Shown: positions 10,054 to 19,374, counted from the stretch's first letter. The stretch: DNA of 64,000 nucleotides from a bacterium (GCA_963667425.1 OY763407.1:2081142-2145141); one strand, 5' to 3'. The notes: generated by a model from the letters alone, not told the origin. A program made the numbers and translations.

Positions 10054-10130
10054 TGGTATGGCTGCTGGGACTCGAACCCAGGACCCTCTGATTAAAAGTC
10101 AGATGCTCTAGCCTACTGAGCTACAGCCAC
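10054..10130 (-). tRNA. tRNA-Lys (anticodon TTT)
   Basis: The reverse complement reads GTGGCTGTAGCTCAGTAGGCTAGAGCATCTGACTTTTAATCAGAGGGTCCTGGGTTCGAGTCCCAGCAGCCATACCA. Anticodon loop CTTTTAA; CCA encoded. Confidence 0.9.
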
Positions 10131-10165
10131 ATTCCCAGTTCGCCGTATCAACGACCAACGCGGCT

Positions 10166-10193
10166 ATACTAATCAAATGAGACCAGCTGTCAA
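10166..10193 (-). promoter_or_regulatory. Putative promoter for the tRNA-Lys/tRNA-Glu pair (TTGACA-N16-TAGTAT)
   Basis: Minus-strand TTGACA (plus 10188-10193) and TAGTAT (plus 10166-10171), about 30 nt upstream of the tRNA-Lys 5' end. Confidence 0.3.
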
Positions 10194-10263
10194 ACTTTTT
10201 TTTAGTTTTTTTTCAACCGAACTAAAATATCAAAAAATATCAGCGTGTTATACATCAAAAAAA

Positions 10264-10683
10264 TCAGCCTTTTTTATCAAGTTTTCCATATTTATTTGCA
10301 GAACCTTTGTAATATTTCATTTTTCCTTTGTTCTGCTGAAGCATTTTAAGTTCTTCTTTTATTCTGATAAGAGATTTTTTTACAAGCTCCTGATTAAGAG
10401 CTTCCTGTTTAAGAGCATCATCCAAAACTTTTAACCCGTATTCTCTTTCCTTTTTTAAAGGATTTTCAGGGTCCTCATTTAATGACAGGTCCTTGTTGTC
10501 CATTTCTATAAGCTCTTTAATTCTAAGGCATTCAGTTAAAATTCTATCCTTTTTATTTAGAAGTGAATTCATTTTATCAATATCAGGATTCTGCTGTTTT
10601 AACTGAAATTCTATTTCACGGTTTATTACTGACAGTTCTTCATAGTTATTGTTAAGACGGATCAAAAGTTCCTGCTTAGCCAT
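10264..10683 (-). CDS. Hypothetical coiled-coil protein (last gene of the zinc-ribbon/PilZ operon)
   Basis: 139 aa, highly charged and alpha-helical. Its start overlaps the stop of the upstream PilZ gene by 8 nt, suggesting translational coupling. Confidence 0.5.
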   Translation of the reverse strand: MAKQELLIRLNNNYEELSVINREIEFQLKQQNPDIDKMNSLLNKKDRILTECLRIKELIEMDNKDLSLNEDPENPLKKEREYGLKVLDDALKQEALNQELVKKSLIRIKEELKMLQQNKGKMKYYKGSANKYGKLDKKG

Positions 10684-11440
10684 CAGCTACCTTTTTTCTT
10701 TTATGTATTTCCTCTATTTGTCTTTCCAGTATATATTTTGCTATAAGCTCTCTATCCTGTTTCTGTATATGAACAAATTCAGCACCAACTTTAAAATATG
10801 CACCGGCAGAAGAAAATGCTTTTGAAATAGTTTTTACTTGTACAGAAGCATTTATAAAAATTCCTGAAGAAAAATATAAAGAGGCCTCAAAAACATCATC
10901 TGCTGTAAAATCATTATGATTCTGCGCTTTAAAAGAAAGTCCTCCCTCACTTATATCAAAAACCCGGAAGCTTTCTTTTTCAAATTTACTGTTAAAAGAA
11001 ATATTAATATCATTATCGACTGTTGTTGAAACTCTGAAAAAACGTCTTCTCTGCTGCCTGCATATCGATGAAGGAAACTTAACAACAAAATAACCTGATT
11101 TTTTATCATAACCGGCAATAATGGTTTTAAATGCACACCAGACTTTGTCAACAGAATACAAAAATACAATTATTTTATTCTTTATAAGTTCATTTACAAG
11201 TGCTTCAGACATAAGCTTGTCAATAAGAATAAGTACTTCTCCTCCTCTCTGGAGAATTTTAAGGAAAAGAGTAGTACCGTTAATATAAATATTTTTTCTT
11301 TTTGAATAAACTTTTACGTCAATTCTCGTCGCCGCCTCAATTGCAGAAACAATATTTTTCTGAATAGCTACAGCTTCATCTAAAATCTGTATGTTGTCTG
11401 ATGGTTTTTTGTTCTCAAGTAAAAAATCGAAATCCTTCAT
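10676..11440 (-). CDS. YcgR-like PilZ-domain protein (putative c-di-GMP receptor / flagellar brake)
   Basis: Canonical PilZ c-di-GMP binding motifs RxxxR (RQQRRRFFRV) and D-x-S-x-x-G (DISEGGLSF). The N-terminal half resembles a YcgR_N/PilZN domain. Confidence 0.75.
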   Translation of the reverse strand: MKDFDFLLENKKPSDNIQILDEAVAIQKNIVSAIEAATRIDVKVYSKRKNIYINGTTLFLKILQRGGEVLILIDKLMSEALVNELIKNKIIVFLYSVDKVWCAFKTIIAGYDKKSGYFVVKFPSSICRQQRRRFFRVSTTVDNDINISFNSKFEKESFRVFDISEGGLSFKAQNHNDFTADDVFEASLYFSSGIFINASVQVKTISKAFSSAGAYFKVGAEFVHIQKQDRELIAKYILERQIEEIHKRKKVADG

Positions 11441-11784
11441 TTAGGTAAAACCACATTTTTACGTTTACTTTTTCGCTCTTCTCTCTTTATTTCCTCATAG
11501 CAGAGTTTGCAGATTATCTTCCCGCCTTCTTTCATCGGAGGATTTTTTGTCTTCAATACTTTATGACAAAGATCACATACATATGAAAAAACAAACTGCC
11601 CTTTATTTTCATCAAACTCTTTTTTTACTTTTCCAATTTTCTTTTCAAGATTAAATTGAGAAAGACACTCATCACAATAATAATTTCTTGAACCATCAGG
11701 AACAAAATCCACAAAAGCTGTTTTTCCACATTTAGCACATTCAATACGGTGTTTAATATCAGCCTTTTTATCAAGTTTACTCAT
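11437..11784 (-). CDS. Double zinc-ribbon protein (two CxxC-x17/18-CxxC units)
   Basis: CAKCGK...CDEC and CDLCHK...CKLC. 115 aa with a basic C-terminus. Overlaps the PilZ gene start by 4 nt. Confidence 0.55.
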   Translation of the reverse strand: MSKLDKKADIKHRIECAKCGKTAFVDFVPDGSRNYYCDECLSQFNLEKKIGKVKKEFDENKGQFVFSYVCDLCHKVLKTKNPPMKEGGKIICKLCYEEIKREERKSKRKNVVLPK

Positions 11785-11919
11785 ATCTAAAGCTCCATAA
11801 TTCCGAAAGGATTTCCCTTTGTTTAACGAAAGATAGTATATTAAAATTTAGCCTTCTGCAAAGTTTTATATTGAAAATTAAGTACCAAGGAATAGAATTA
11901 CCGGACATCGGAATGAAAA

Positions 11920-12135
11920 ATGGAGAATATCATGCCGAAAAAAAAAGAACTTTTCTCACAAAATATAAAAGAACTTGAAAATATTGCATCCCAATTAAAT
12001 TCAGGTGAGATAGAAATAGAAGAAGCTGTAAACCTTTATAAAAAAGGAAAAACTCTCATAGTATCAATGAAGGAATATCTTAAAAAAGTTGAAAAGGAAA
12101 TAGAAATTATCGAAGAGAGTTTTTCAGATAAATAG
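11920..12135 (+). CDS. xseB: Exodeoxyribonuclease VII small subunit
   Basis: 71 aa. The ELENIASQLNSGEIEIEEAVNLYKKGKTL helix-hairpin is typical of XseB. Located directly upstream of ispA-dxs, the conserved xseB-ispA-dxs arrangement. Confidence 0.8.
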   Translation: MENIMPKKKELFSQNIKELENIASQLNSGEIEIEEAVNLYKKGKTLIVSMKEYLKKVEKEIEIIEESFSDK

Positions 12136-12143
12136 GAGCCCAT

Positions 12144-13013
12144 ATGCAGTGGAAGAATTTTCATTCCATAAAAAAACCGATAATAGAGAATTATATTGAT
12201 GAAACTATAAAAAATCTTGCTCCCGAAGGGATATTGAGAGAAGCAATGTTATATTCAATATCTGCCGGAGGGAAAAGACTCAGACCTTTTTTTGCAATAC
12301 TTACAGCAAATCTCTTGAATAAAAAAGAAAAAGCTGTTTATCCATATGCGGCCGCGCTGGAAATGATTCACACATACTCATTAATTCATGATGATCTTCC
12401 TGCCATGGATAACGATGATATGCGAAGAGGAAAACCAAGCTGTCATAAGGCTTTTTCAGAAGATATAGCAATTCTTGCAGGAGATTCGCTCTTAACGGAT
12501 GCTTTTAAAATTATTTTCTCTTCAGAATTAAACCCTGAAGGAGGCAAATATCTTGCCGATGCAGCCGGAAGCAGAGGAATGGTGCTCGGACAAATACTTG
12601 ACTGTAAAACACAAACCATAGAAAGAAATATTGAATCGTTAGATATAATTAACACTTTAAAAACATCAAAATTAATAATGGCATCTCTTGCCGGTGCAGC
12701 AGCCGCACTTGATTCTACATCTGAAGAAATCGGAATTCTTGAAACATATGGAATGGAGCTTGGACTGGCATTCCAGATAACGGACGACATTCTGGACATT
12801 ACTGCTGAAGAATCAGAACTTGGCAAACCGGTAGGAAGCGATGCTCAACTTGGAAAAATAACATATCCGGCACTTCTTGGAATCGAAAAAGCAGAAGAAG
12901 AAGCTAAAAAACATGTGGACAAAGCGATTAAAGCAATATCAGAACTTCCTGAAAACAAGTATCGCCAGATGTTAATAGAAATTGCCGAATACATGATCGG
13001 GAGAAGATCTTAA
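12144..13013 (+). CDS. ispA: Polyprenyl (farnesyl/geranyl) diphosphate synthase
   Basis: First and second aspartate-rich motifs are present (LIHDDLPAMDNDDMRRG and FQITDDILD). Confidence 0.9.
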   Translation: MQWKNFHSIKKPIIENYIDETIKNLAPEGILREAMLYSISAGGKRLRPFFAILTANLLNKKEKAVYPYAAALEMIHTYSLIHDDLPAMDNDDMRRGKPSCHKAFSEDIAILAGDSLLTDAFKIIFSSELNPEGGKYLADAAGSRGMVLGQILDCKTQTIERNIESLDIINTLKTSKLIMASLAGAAAALDSTSEEIGILETYGMELGLAFQITDDILDITAEESELGKPVGSDAQLGKITYPALLGIEKAEEEAKKHVDKAIKAISELPENKYRQMLIEIAEYMIGRRS

Positions 13014-13015
13014 CA

Positions 13016-14866
13016 ATGATGGAAAAAATTAAAAATGCGACATTAAAAGAACTTGAACTCATTGCTGAAGAGACCAGAAGAGAAATAATCGATGTTATAT
13101 CCAAGAATGGAGGGCACCTCGCTTCTTCTTTGGGAACTGTAGAACTAACTCTGGCTTTACTTAAAGTTTTTAATCCACCACAGGACAAGATTATCTGGGA
13201 TGTCGGACACCAGGCATACCCTTACAAAATACTTACAGATAGAAAAAACGATTTTGCAACAATCCGTCAGAAAGGCGGTATCAGCGGATTTCCAAAAATG
13301 ACTGAATCAATATATGATTCTTTTGGTGCAGGACACGGAGGGACATCAATTTCTGCTGCACTTGGAATAGAAACTGCTCTTCGAATAAGAAAAGATGACT
13401 CAAAAGTAATTGCGATTATTGGAGACGGTTCAATGACAAGCGGACTGGCATTTGAGGCAATGAATCAGATATCTCCAGATAAAAACGGATTTATAACTGT
13501 TTTAAATGACAATGATATGTTCATCTCAACAAGTGTAGGATCACTCTCATCATGGTTCAGTAGAAAACTTACAGGAAAAAGATATAACAGTATAAGACAG
13601 GAAATAAAGTCAGTTATAATGAAACTGCCACCTATATTCAGAGGTGAATATATACTTGAAATAATAAGAAAAGCGCTTGAATCATCAAAATCTCTGATGA
13701 CTCCGGGTATACTTTTCGAAGGCTTGGGCTATCAGTATGTAGGCCCGATTGATGGTCACAATATAAAAGAACTGGAAGAAACATTTAAAGACGTGTCTCA
13801 GACAGATGGACCAGTTCTTGTTCACATTCACACAAAAAAAGGGAAAGGTTATCTTCCTGCAGAAGAAAATCCATGTGATTTTCACGGTGTAGCTCCATTT
13901 AAAAAAGATACAGGTGAACCAAAAGCTAAATCACACCCATCATTTACAGGGTATCTTTCAAATTATTTACCGTCACTTTTCAGAAGAAATTCAGAACTCA
14001 TAGCAATAACAGCAGCAATGCCCGATGGAACAGGGCTTAAAAAGCTTCAGGAACAAATGTCGGCAAGAGTTTTTGATGTCGGCATGGCAGAAGGACATGC
14101 GGTTACATATGCGGCAGGGCTTGCAGCTGGCGGCTTAAAACCATTAGTATGTATCTATTCTACCTTTCTTCAAAGAGCTTTTGACAACATAATTCATGAT
14201 GTTGCTCTCCAGAATCTCCCTGTAATATTTTTAATAGACAGAGCAGGCGTTGTAGGCGAAGACGGTCCGACTCATCATGGACTTTTTGATATCTCCTATA
14301 TGAGAATGATACCGAACATGACTGTTATGGCACCAAGAAACGAACAGGAAATGGCAAGAATGATTGAACTTGCCATAACAATGGAAACACCTGCTGCTAT
14401 AAGATATCCAAGAGGCTCAGGTGTTGGAAAACGTTTTTATAACAGACTTTCTCCTGTTCATTACGGAGAAGGAATAGTTTTACGTAAGTCAGAAAGCAAA
14501 ACACTTATTATATCTGTCGGTAACATGGATATTCAGGCATTAGATGCGGCATCAATACTAGCGAAAGAAGGAATATTCGTCTCAATATTTGATCTTTCGT
14601 TTATAAAGCCGCTTCCTGAAAATTTGTTTAGTTTTATAACAGACAACGAAATAGATAAAATTATAACCATAGAAGATGGAATCAAAGCAGGTGGTGCAGG
14701 TTCAGCAATACTTGAAGAAATAAATGAAAGAAAAATTTCTGCAGAAATAAAAACAATAGCAATCAGAGATACTTTTCCAGGAATAGGAACACAGGAAGAA
14801 TTGAGACATGAAAGCAGTATTACGTCCAGACAAATAGTTGATGCTGTAAGAAAAATGGAAAAATAA
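13016..14866 (+). CDS. dxs: 1-deoxy-D-xylulose-5-phosphate synthase
   Basis: 616 aa. TPP-binding GDGSMTSGLAFEAMN, transketolase-like pyrimidine and C-terminal domains, and a typical DXS N-terminus (LASSLGTVELTLAL). Confidence 0.95.
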   Translation: MMEKIKNATLKELELIAEETRREIIDVISKNGGHLASSLGTVELTLALLKVFNPPQDKIIWDVGHQAYPYKILTDRKNDFATIRQKGGISGFPKMTESIYDSFGAGHGGTSISAALGIETALRIRKDDSKVIAIIGDGSMTSGLAFEAMNQISPDKNGFITVLNDNDMFISTSVGSLSSWFSRKLTGKRYNSIRQEIKSVIMKLPPIFRGEYILEIIRKALESSKSLMTPGILFEGLGYQYVGPIDGHNIKELEETFKDVSQTDGPVLVHIHTKKGKGYLPAEENPCDFHGVAPFKKDTGEPKAKSHPSFTGYLSNYLPSLFRRNSELIAITAAMPDGTGLKKLQEQMSARVFDVGMAEGHAVTYAAGLAAGGLKPLVCIYSTFLQRAFDNIIHDVALQNLPVIFLIDRAGVVGEDGPTHHGLFDISYMRMIPNMTVMAPRNEQEMARMIELAITMETPAAIRYPRGSGVGKRFYNRLSPVHYGEGIVLRKSESKTLIISVGNMDIQALDAASILAKEGIFVSIFDLSFIKPLPENLFSFITDNEIDKIITIEDGIKAGGAGSAILEEINERKISAEIKTIAIRDTFPGIGTQEELRHESSITSRQIVDAVRKMEK

Positions 14867-14867
14867 A

Positions 14868-15938
14868 ATGGAAAAAAGAAAAACAAGAGAAATAAAACTT
14901 GGAAAAATTACAATAGGTGGAAACAGAAAACCAGCAATTCAGACAATGATTACAACGCCTCTTTCAAATATAGATGAAGCAATCAAAGAATCTCTAAAAG
15001 CATACTCTTTAGGCTGTAAAATTGTAAGAACGGCATTTAAGGATATTGCAGAACTTGAAAATTTACAAAAACTTACAGCCGGTTTTCCTGGAGAAATAAT
15101 TGCAGATATCCATTTCGATTACAAACTTGCAATAGCAGCAGTTGAAAGTGGTGTTTCAGGAATTAGAATAAATCCAGGCAACATAGGATCCAAAGATCGA
15201 GTTGTAAAAGTTATAGAAGCTCTTGGGAAAAAACCAAAAACAGCGCTTAGAATAGGCGTGAACAGCGGTTCAATAGAAAAAGAATTAAAAAACATTCCTC
15301 TTCACGAAGCAATGATTGAAAGTGTAAAAAAATGGACACACTTCATCGAAGAAGAGCTGCAATATAAAAATTTTAAAATATCTGTAAAAGCAAGCAGTAT
15401 AAATGAAACGCTAAAAGCATGCAAAGCTATTTCTAAATTTACAGATGCACCTTTTCATGCAGGAATAACCGAAGCAGGAGGAGGAATTGAAGGCATTATT
15501 AAATCGGCGGCCGGACTTGGAGTACTAATAAACAGCGGATTTGCAGATACTTTCAGAGTAAGCCTCTCAGATAAAATAGAAGAAGAAATTAACACAGGCT
15601 TTGCCATTCTTAAAAGCATGGATTTGCTTGAAACAGGAATTGAAATAATAAGCTGTCCAACCTGTGGCAGAACAAAAGGTCCTGTAATAGCTTATCAGAA
15701 AAAATTAACAGAAATACTCAATAACTCTGAAAAAAGCAGATGGCTTAGAAAACCGCTTAAAGTTGCAATAATGGGATGTGAAGTAAATGGTCCTGGAGAG
15801 GCATCTGATGCAGATATAGGAATAGCATTTGGACAAAACTGCGCAATAATGTTCGAAAACGGAAAACAGACAGAAAAACTAAATAGTCAGGAAGAAGCTT
15901 TCAATATATTGATTAAGAAAATAGACGAACTTTCCTGA
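14868..15938 (+). CDS. ispG: 4-hydroxy-3-methylbut-2-enyl diphosphate synthase (GcpE)
   Basis: TIM-barrel N-terminal domain and a C-terminal 4Fe-4S domain with ISCPTCGRT...GCEVNGPGE. Confidence 0.9.
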   Translation: MEKRKTREIKLGKITIGGNRKPAIQTMITTPLSNIDEAIKESLKAYSLGCKIVRTAFKDIAELENLQKLTAGFPGEIIADIHFDYKLAIAAVESGVSGIRINPGNIGSKDRVVKVIEALGKKPKTALRIGVNSGSIEKELKNIPLHEAMIESVKKWTHFIEEELQYKNFKISVKASSINETLKACKAISKFTDAPFHAGITEAGGGIEGIIKSAAGLGVLINSGFADTFRVSLSDKIEEEINTGFAILKSMDLLETGIEIISCPTCGRTKGPVIAYQKKLTEILNNSEKSRWLRKPLKVAIMGCEVNGPGEASDADIGIAFGQNCAIMFENGKQTEKLNSQEEAFNILIKKIDELS

Positions 15939-15999
15939 CACAAAAAATATTCAGTTAAAAACAGCTACTTTTTTGAAAATATCAAAGCTTGAAACAAAA

Positions 16000-16188
16000 C
16001 TAAAAATTATGACTTGGAGATGGCGGCGGCGGCGGCGGATTAGGATTTCCAGGTCTCGGAGTTGGATCTGGTGGTGGAGGCGGCTCCATAGATTCAGGAT
16101 AGTTACAGGAAAATGTATAGTTACATGCATATAAATTTATCTGAAATAAAGAGATAAATAAAAATAGTAACATAAAAACTTTTTTCAC
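16000..16188 (-). CDS. Putative micro-lipoprotein with a polyproline tail (GTG start)
   Basis: A GGAG RBS lies 7 nt upstream of the GTG start. Signal peptide with lipobox-like LYAC, then PPPPPDPTPRPGNPNPPPPPPSPS. Contains a (GGC)5-6 trinucleotide repeat. Confidence 0.4.
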   Translation of the reverse strand: MKKVFMLLFLFISLFQINLYACNYTFSCNYPESMEPPPPPDPTPRPGNPNPPPPPPSPSHNF

Positions 16189-16362
16189 TTTTGCACTCCA
16201 CTAACGAAATGATAAATTATTTTAAAATTACAAATACTTTTTGTCAAGAACTTTAAAATAAAAAATCATAAAAAAATGAATTTGACTTCAATTTTTTTTT
16301 CATTTATAAATTAAAAGAAGTCAGAATCTGGTGTTTATTCATATTTAAAATGGGGTTTTTTT

Positions 16363-17490
16363 ATGACAAAGTACAGAATCGCATGGTTACCTGGAGACGG
16401 TGTAGGCAAAGAAGTTATGGAAGCGTTAAGAATCGTACTTGATGCCGTAGAACTTGATGCGGAATATATTCACGGCGACATAGGATGGGAGTTCTGGTGT
16501 AATGAGGGAGATCCTCTGCCACAAAGAACCATAGAAATGATGAAAACAACCAACTGTGCAATGTTTGGTGCAATTACATCAAAACCTCAAAAAGAAGCAA
16601 AACTCGAACTCAAATCTGAACTTCAGGATAAAAACCTCAGCTATTTTTCACCTATAGTAAGACTTCGTCAGGAATTTGATCTTTACTGTAATCAGCGTCC
16701 TAATCTGGCTTTCCCTGGATGTGAACTCAACGTAAAAGATGATATTGATGTAACTGTTTTCAGAGAAAATACTGAAGGAAGCTATGCAGGAGTTGAATTT
16801 GGTCCAGTTCCGCAGGAACTCAAAGAAACACTCCTTAAATATGCACCTAAAATGCAAAGATTTATGAACGAAAAAGATGATGATATAGCAATATCAACAA
16901 GAATCATAACAAGAAGAGGTGCTGAAAGAATAATAAGAGCTGCTTTTGAATATGCAGATAAATTCGGCAAACCAAGAGTAACACTGGCAGAAAAACCAAA
17001 CGTTCTCAGAAAAACAGGCGGATTAATGTCAGAAGTGTTTGATGCTATTGCTGCTGAATATCCGCATATAACAAGCTGGACTGACAATATAGATGCAATA
17101 GGCATGTGGCTTGTAAGAAATCCTGAAAAATATGATGTAATCGTTGCAGAAAACCTCTTTGGCGACATTCTTTCCGACATAGCAAGTCAGCTTGTAGGCG
17201 GGCTCGGATTTGCACACAGCGCAAACATAGCCTCAAATTATGCAGTTTTTGAACCGGTTCATGGAAGCGCACCAAAATATGTTGGACAATATAAAGTTAA
17301 TCCGATGGCAATGATACTTTCAGGAAGAATGATGCTTAACTACCTTGGTGAAACCGAAAAAGCAGATAGAGTTTACAGAGCAATCGCCGAAGTAATAAGA
17401 GAAGGCAAAGTTCTTACCTATGACCTCAAAGGAACAGCAAAAACTCTTGAAGTTGCAGAAGAAATAGCAAGAAAAGCTGTTTCATATTAA
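16363..17490 (+). CDS. Isocitrate/isopropylmalate dehydrogenase family protein (NAD(P)-dependent beta-decarboxylating dehydrogenase)
   Basis: N-terminal IAWLPGDGVGKEV; the substrate/metal-binding segments include NLFGDILSD. About 375 aa. Confidence 0.8.
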   Translation: MTKYRIAWLPGDGVGKEVMEALRIVLDAVELDAEYIHGDIGWEFWCNEGDPLPQRTIEMMKTTNCAMFGAITSKPQKEAKLELKSELQDKNLSYFSPIVRLRQEFDLYCNQRPNLAFPGCELNVKDDIDVTVFRENTEGSYAGVEFGPVPQELKETLLKYAPKMQRFMNEKDDDIAISTRIITRRGAERIIRAAFEYADKFGKPRVTLAEKPNVLRKTGGLMSEVFDAIAAEYPHITSWTDNIDAIGMWLVRNPEKYDVIVAENLFGDILSDIASQLVGGLGFAHSANIASNYAVFEPVHGSAPKYVGQYKVNPMAMILSGRMMLNYLGETEKADRVYRAIAEVIREGKVLTYDLKGTAKTLEVAEEIARKAVSY

Positions 17491-17589
17491 AACTGAATCA
17501 AAAATTCAATTATCAAAACTTATAATAGACAGTACCAACCAAAAAATCTAATAATTATAAAACATTGCACTTTACACAACTTATAAAAA

Positions 17590-17617
17590 TTGACAAACGC
17601 CGTTCAATACATAGAAT
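17590..17617 (+). promoter_or_regulatory. Sigma70-type promoter for tRNA-Leu (TTGACA-N16-TAGAAT)
   Basis: TTGACA at 17590-17595 and TAGAAT at 17612-17617, with the tRNA 5' end 13 nt downstream. Confidence 0.5.
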
Positions 17618-17630
17618 CTTTTTGCGGTTT

Positions 17631-17717
17631 GCCGGAGTGGTGAAATTGGTAGACGCACTGGATTCAAAATCCAGCAGAGGCAACTCTATGTCGGTTCGAG
17701 CCCGACCTCCGGTACCA
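17631..17717 (+). tRNA. tRNA-Leu (anticodon CAA), long variable arm
   Basis: GCCGGAGTGGTGAAATTGGTAGACGCACTGGATTCAAAATCCAG...GGTTCGAGCCCGACCTCCGGTACCA. Anticodon loop TTCAAAA; CCA encoded. The supplied ORF 17565-17750 across it is spurious. Confidence 0.9.
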
Positions 17718-17719
17718 TC

Positions 17720-17745
17720 TTTTTTAAGCACTTACAAATTCAATT
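17720..17745. repeat. Direct repeat copy 1 (26 bp, ttttttaagcacttacaaattcaatt) immediately 3' of tRNA-Leu
   Basis: Identical 26-mer to 19349-19374. Confidence 0.75.
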
Positions 17746-19286
17746 TATAGATGATTCTCTTTTATTACTTTATTTATTTCATCATATGACAAATTTGGAG
17801 ATAAATAATAATCAACACTAAAACCATTACCTTCAATATTTTCTATAGGCGTTATTATACCCTTAATAGTTTGATAAAACTTAAATTTTCTATTAGGAAT
17901 TCGCCAAACTATTCCTGTTTTTCCTGAAATAAATTCAACCACATTTCCATAAACAAGCATTCCTCCACTTCTTTCTCCAAATCTCAATATATTATTATTG
18001 TTATTTGCAATAAATAAAAAATCTTCTGCTGCTGAAAATGTATATCTATTCTGAAGAAAAATAATTTTACCGTTGTATATATTAGAATCATTTTCAACTT
18101 TTGCAGGAAAATTTACCAAGACATCATTTAATTTAATGGAACTCTCTTTTTGCAAAGATTCAAACCTATGCTCCATTTCTTTTTCAAAATAACTCTTTAA
18201 ATCTTTATCTGTTTTATAAAGAATATACTTCCTTACAATACTATTATAGGAAAGAGCACCGCTTTCTTTATTATTTATATCGTTCCAGCCAATAAACAAG
18301 CTATCATTTTTTTGAATATTCATTTTTGTAAGCCACTCTTCTATGTATTCTGTGCTTCCACCAGTATTATTTCTTAAATCAATAACAAGATACTTATGAT
18401 TTTTATGTTTCACTGCATCATTAACGAACTGCTTTAGTTCATTATTATATTTATCCTGAAAAGAGCTCAACCTAATAAATCCTATGTCACCATTATCTAT
18501 ATAACTATAAACTTTTATTCCTCTTTCTTTTGGTGACTCATGTTTTACTTTTGTAAAATCAAATTTCTTTTCCTTATTATTCATTTTACAAAAAGCTGTA
18601 ATTTTATCTGAAGAAGCAAATGCCGATATGACAATTATAGTTTTAATTTTTCCCTCATTATCAATATATTTCTTTTTTTCTAATGTATTTTCAAAAATCT
18701 TACCTATTCTTTTGTCTTTTTCATCTGTCAAGAATCGGCAATTTTTTTGAAGAGGTAATAAACTTTCTGACGGAAAATCCGTAATATATTCATTTTTTAT
18801 CCAACCATTTATTTCAAACAGTGATGCTGTTATGTTGACTGTAAAAGCAAAATGTCTATCTAATACATATTTCTGCATTTCAATATATATTGGAAAAATA
18901 GCTTCCGCTAAAGTCCACTCTTTTTTTTCTTTTAATCTATTTAAATGTTTTTCAAAAAATTTATCTATATCCATCTGAAGTGAAAGCTCATAGTAACCAC
19001 TATAGGTTTTTAGCAAAACATCTTTCAGTTCTATTACATCAGAGACAAGATCCGCTGTTTTAAAAACAGAGTTTTCTCGCAAAGGATCTGTTTCTCTTTC
19101 AGATAATAATTTTTGTAAACAGTTACTGTCCTTATTCAAAATATATTTAGCATTAAAATCTTTTATATCAAAATATATTTCAGCATCTTTTCCGCAAATA
19201 TTCTCTACAGTTTTCTCAAACGAAAAAACATTGCTAAACACCATCATAAGCATGAAAAACAAAAAGAATCTCACACAAACCTCCAC
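17745..19286 (-). CDS. S41-family peptidase (tail-specific / C-terminal processing protease-like), secreted
   Basis: Signal peptide. S41 catalytic-region motifs LVIDLRNNTGGS and TFSAAEDF. Confidence 0.8.
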   Translation of the reverse strand: MEVCVRFFLFFMLMMVFSNVFSFEKTVENICGKDAEIYFDIKDFNAKYILNKDSNCLQKLLSERETDPLRENSVFKTADLVSDVIELKDVLLKTYSGYYELSLQMDIDKFFEKHLNRLKEKKEWTLAEAIFPIYIEMQKYVLDRHFAFTVNITASLFEINGWIKNEYITDFPSESLLPLQKNCRFLTDEKDKRIGKIFENTLEKKKYIDNEGKIKTIIVISAFASSDKITAFCKMNNKEKKFDFTKVKHESPKERGIKVYSYIDNGDIGFIRLSSFQDKYNNELKQFVNDAVKHKNHKYLVIDLRNNTGGSTEYIEEWLTKMNIQKNDSLFIGWNDINNKESGALSYNSIVRKYILYKTDKDLKSYFEKEMEHRFESLQKESSIKLNDVLVNFPAKVENDSNIYNGKIIFLQNRYTFSAAEDFLFIANNNNNILRFGERSGGMLVYGNVVEFISGKTGIVWRIPNRKFKFYQTIKGIITPIENIEGNGFSVDYYLSPNLSYDEINKVIKENHL

Positions 19287-19348
19287 AATATTTAGGCTTA
19301 TTTTATAATATTTATATAAAGATTTATATTAAAAAAAATAAATCTTAA

Positions 19349-19374
19349 TTTTTTAAGCACTTACAAATTCAATT
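19349..19374. repeat. Direct repeat copy 2 (26 bp), here encoding the C-terminus (EFVSA-stop) of cvpA
   Basis: Identical 26-mer to 17720-17745, 1629 bp apart, bracketing only the S41 peptidase gene. Confidence 0.75.

Noticed and set aside
17565-17750. 61-aa ORF in the supplied track
   Set aside because: It lies entirely across tRNA-Leu(CAA) (17631-17717) and its promoter. The tRNA is a far better explanation.
17745-19286. Integrase/transposase within the repeat-flanked segment at tRNA-Leu
   Set aside because: The only ORF between the 26-bp direct repeats is the S41 peptidase. No recombinase motifs (tyrosine-recombinase RxxR...HxxR...Y or DDE) were seen. The segment is therefore described as an insertion or remnant, not a mobile element.
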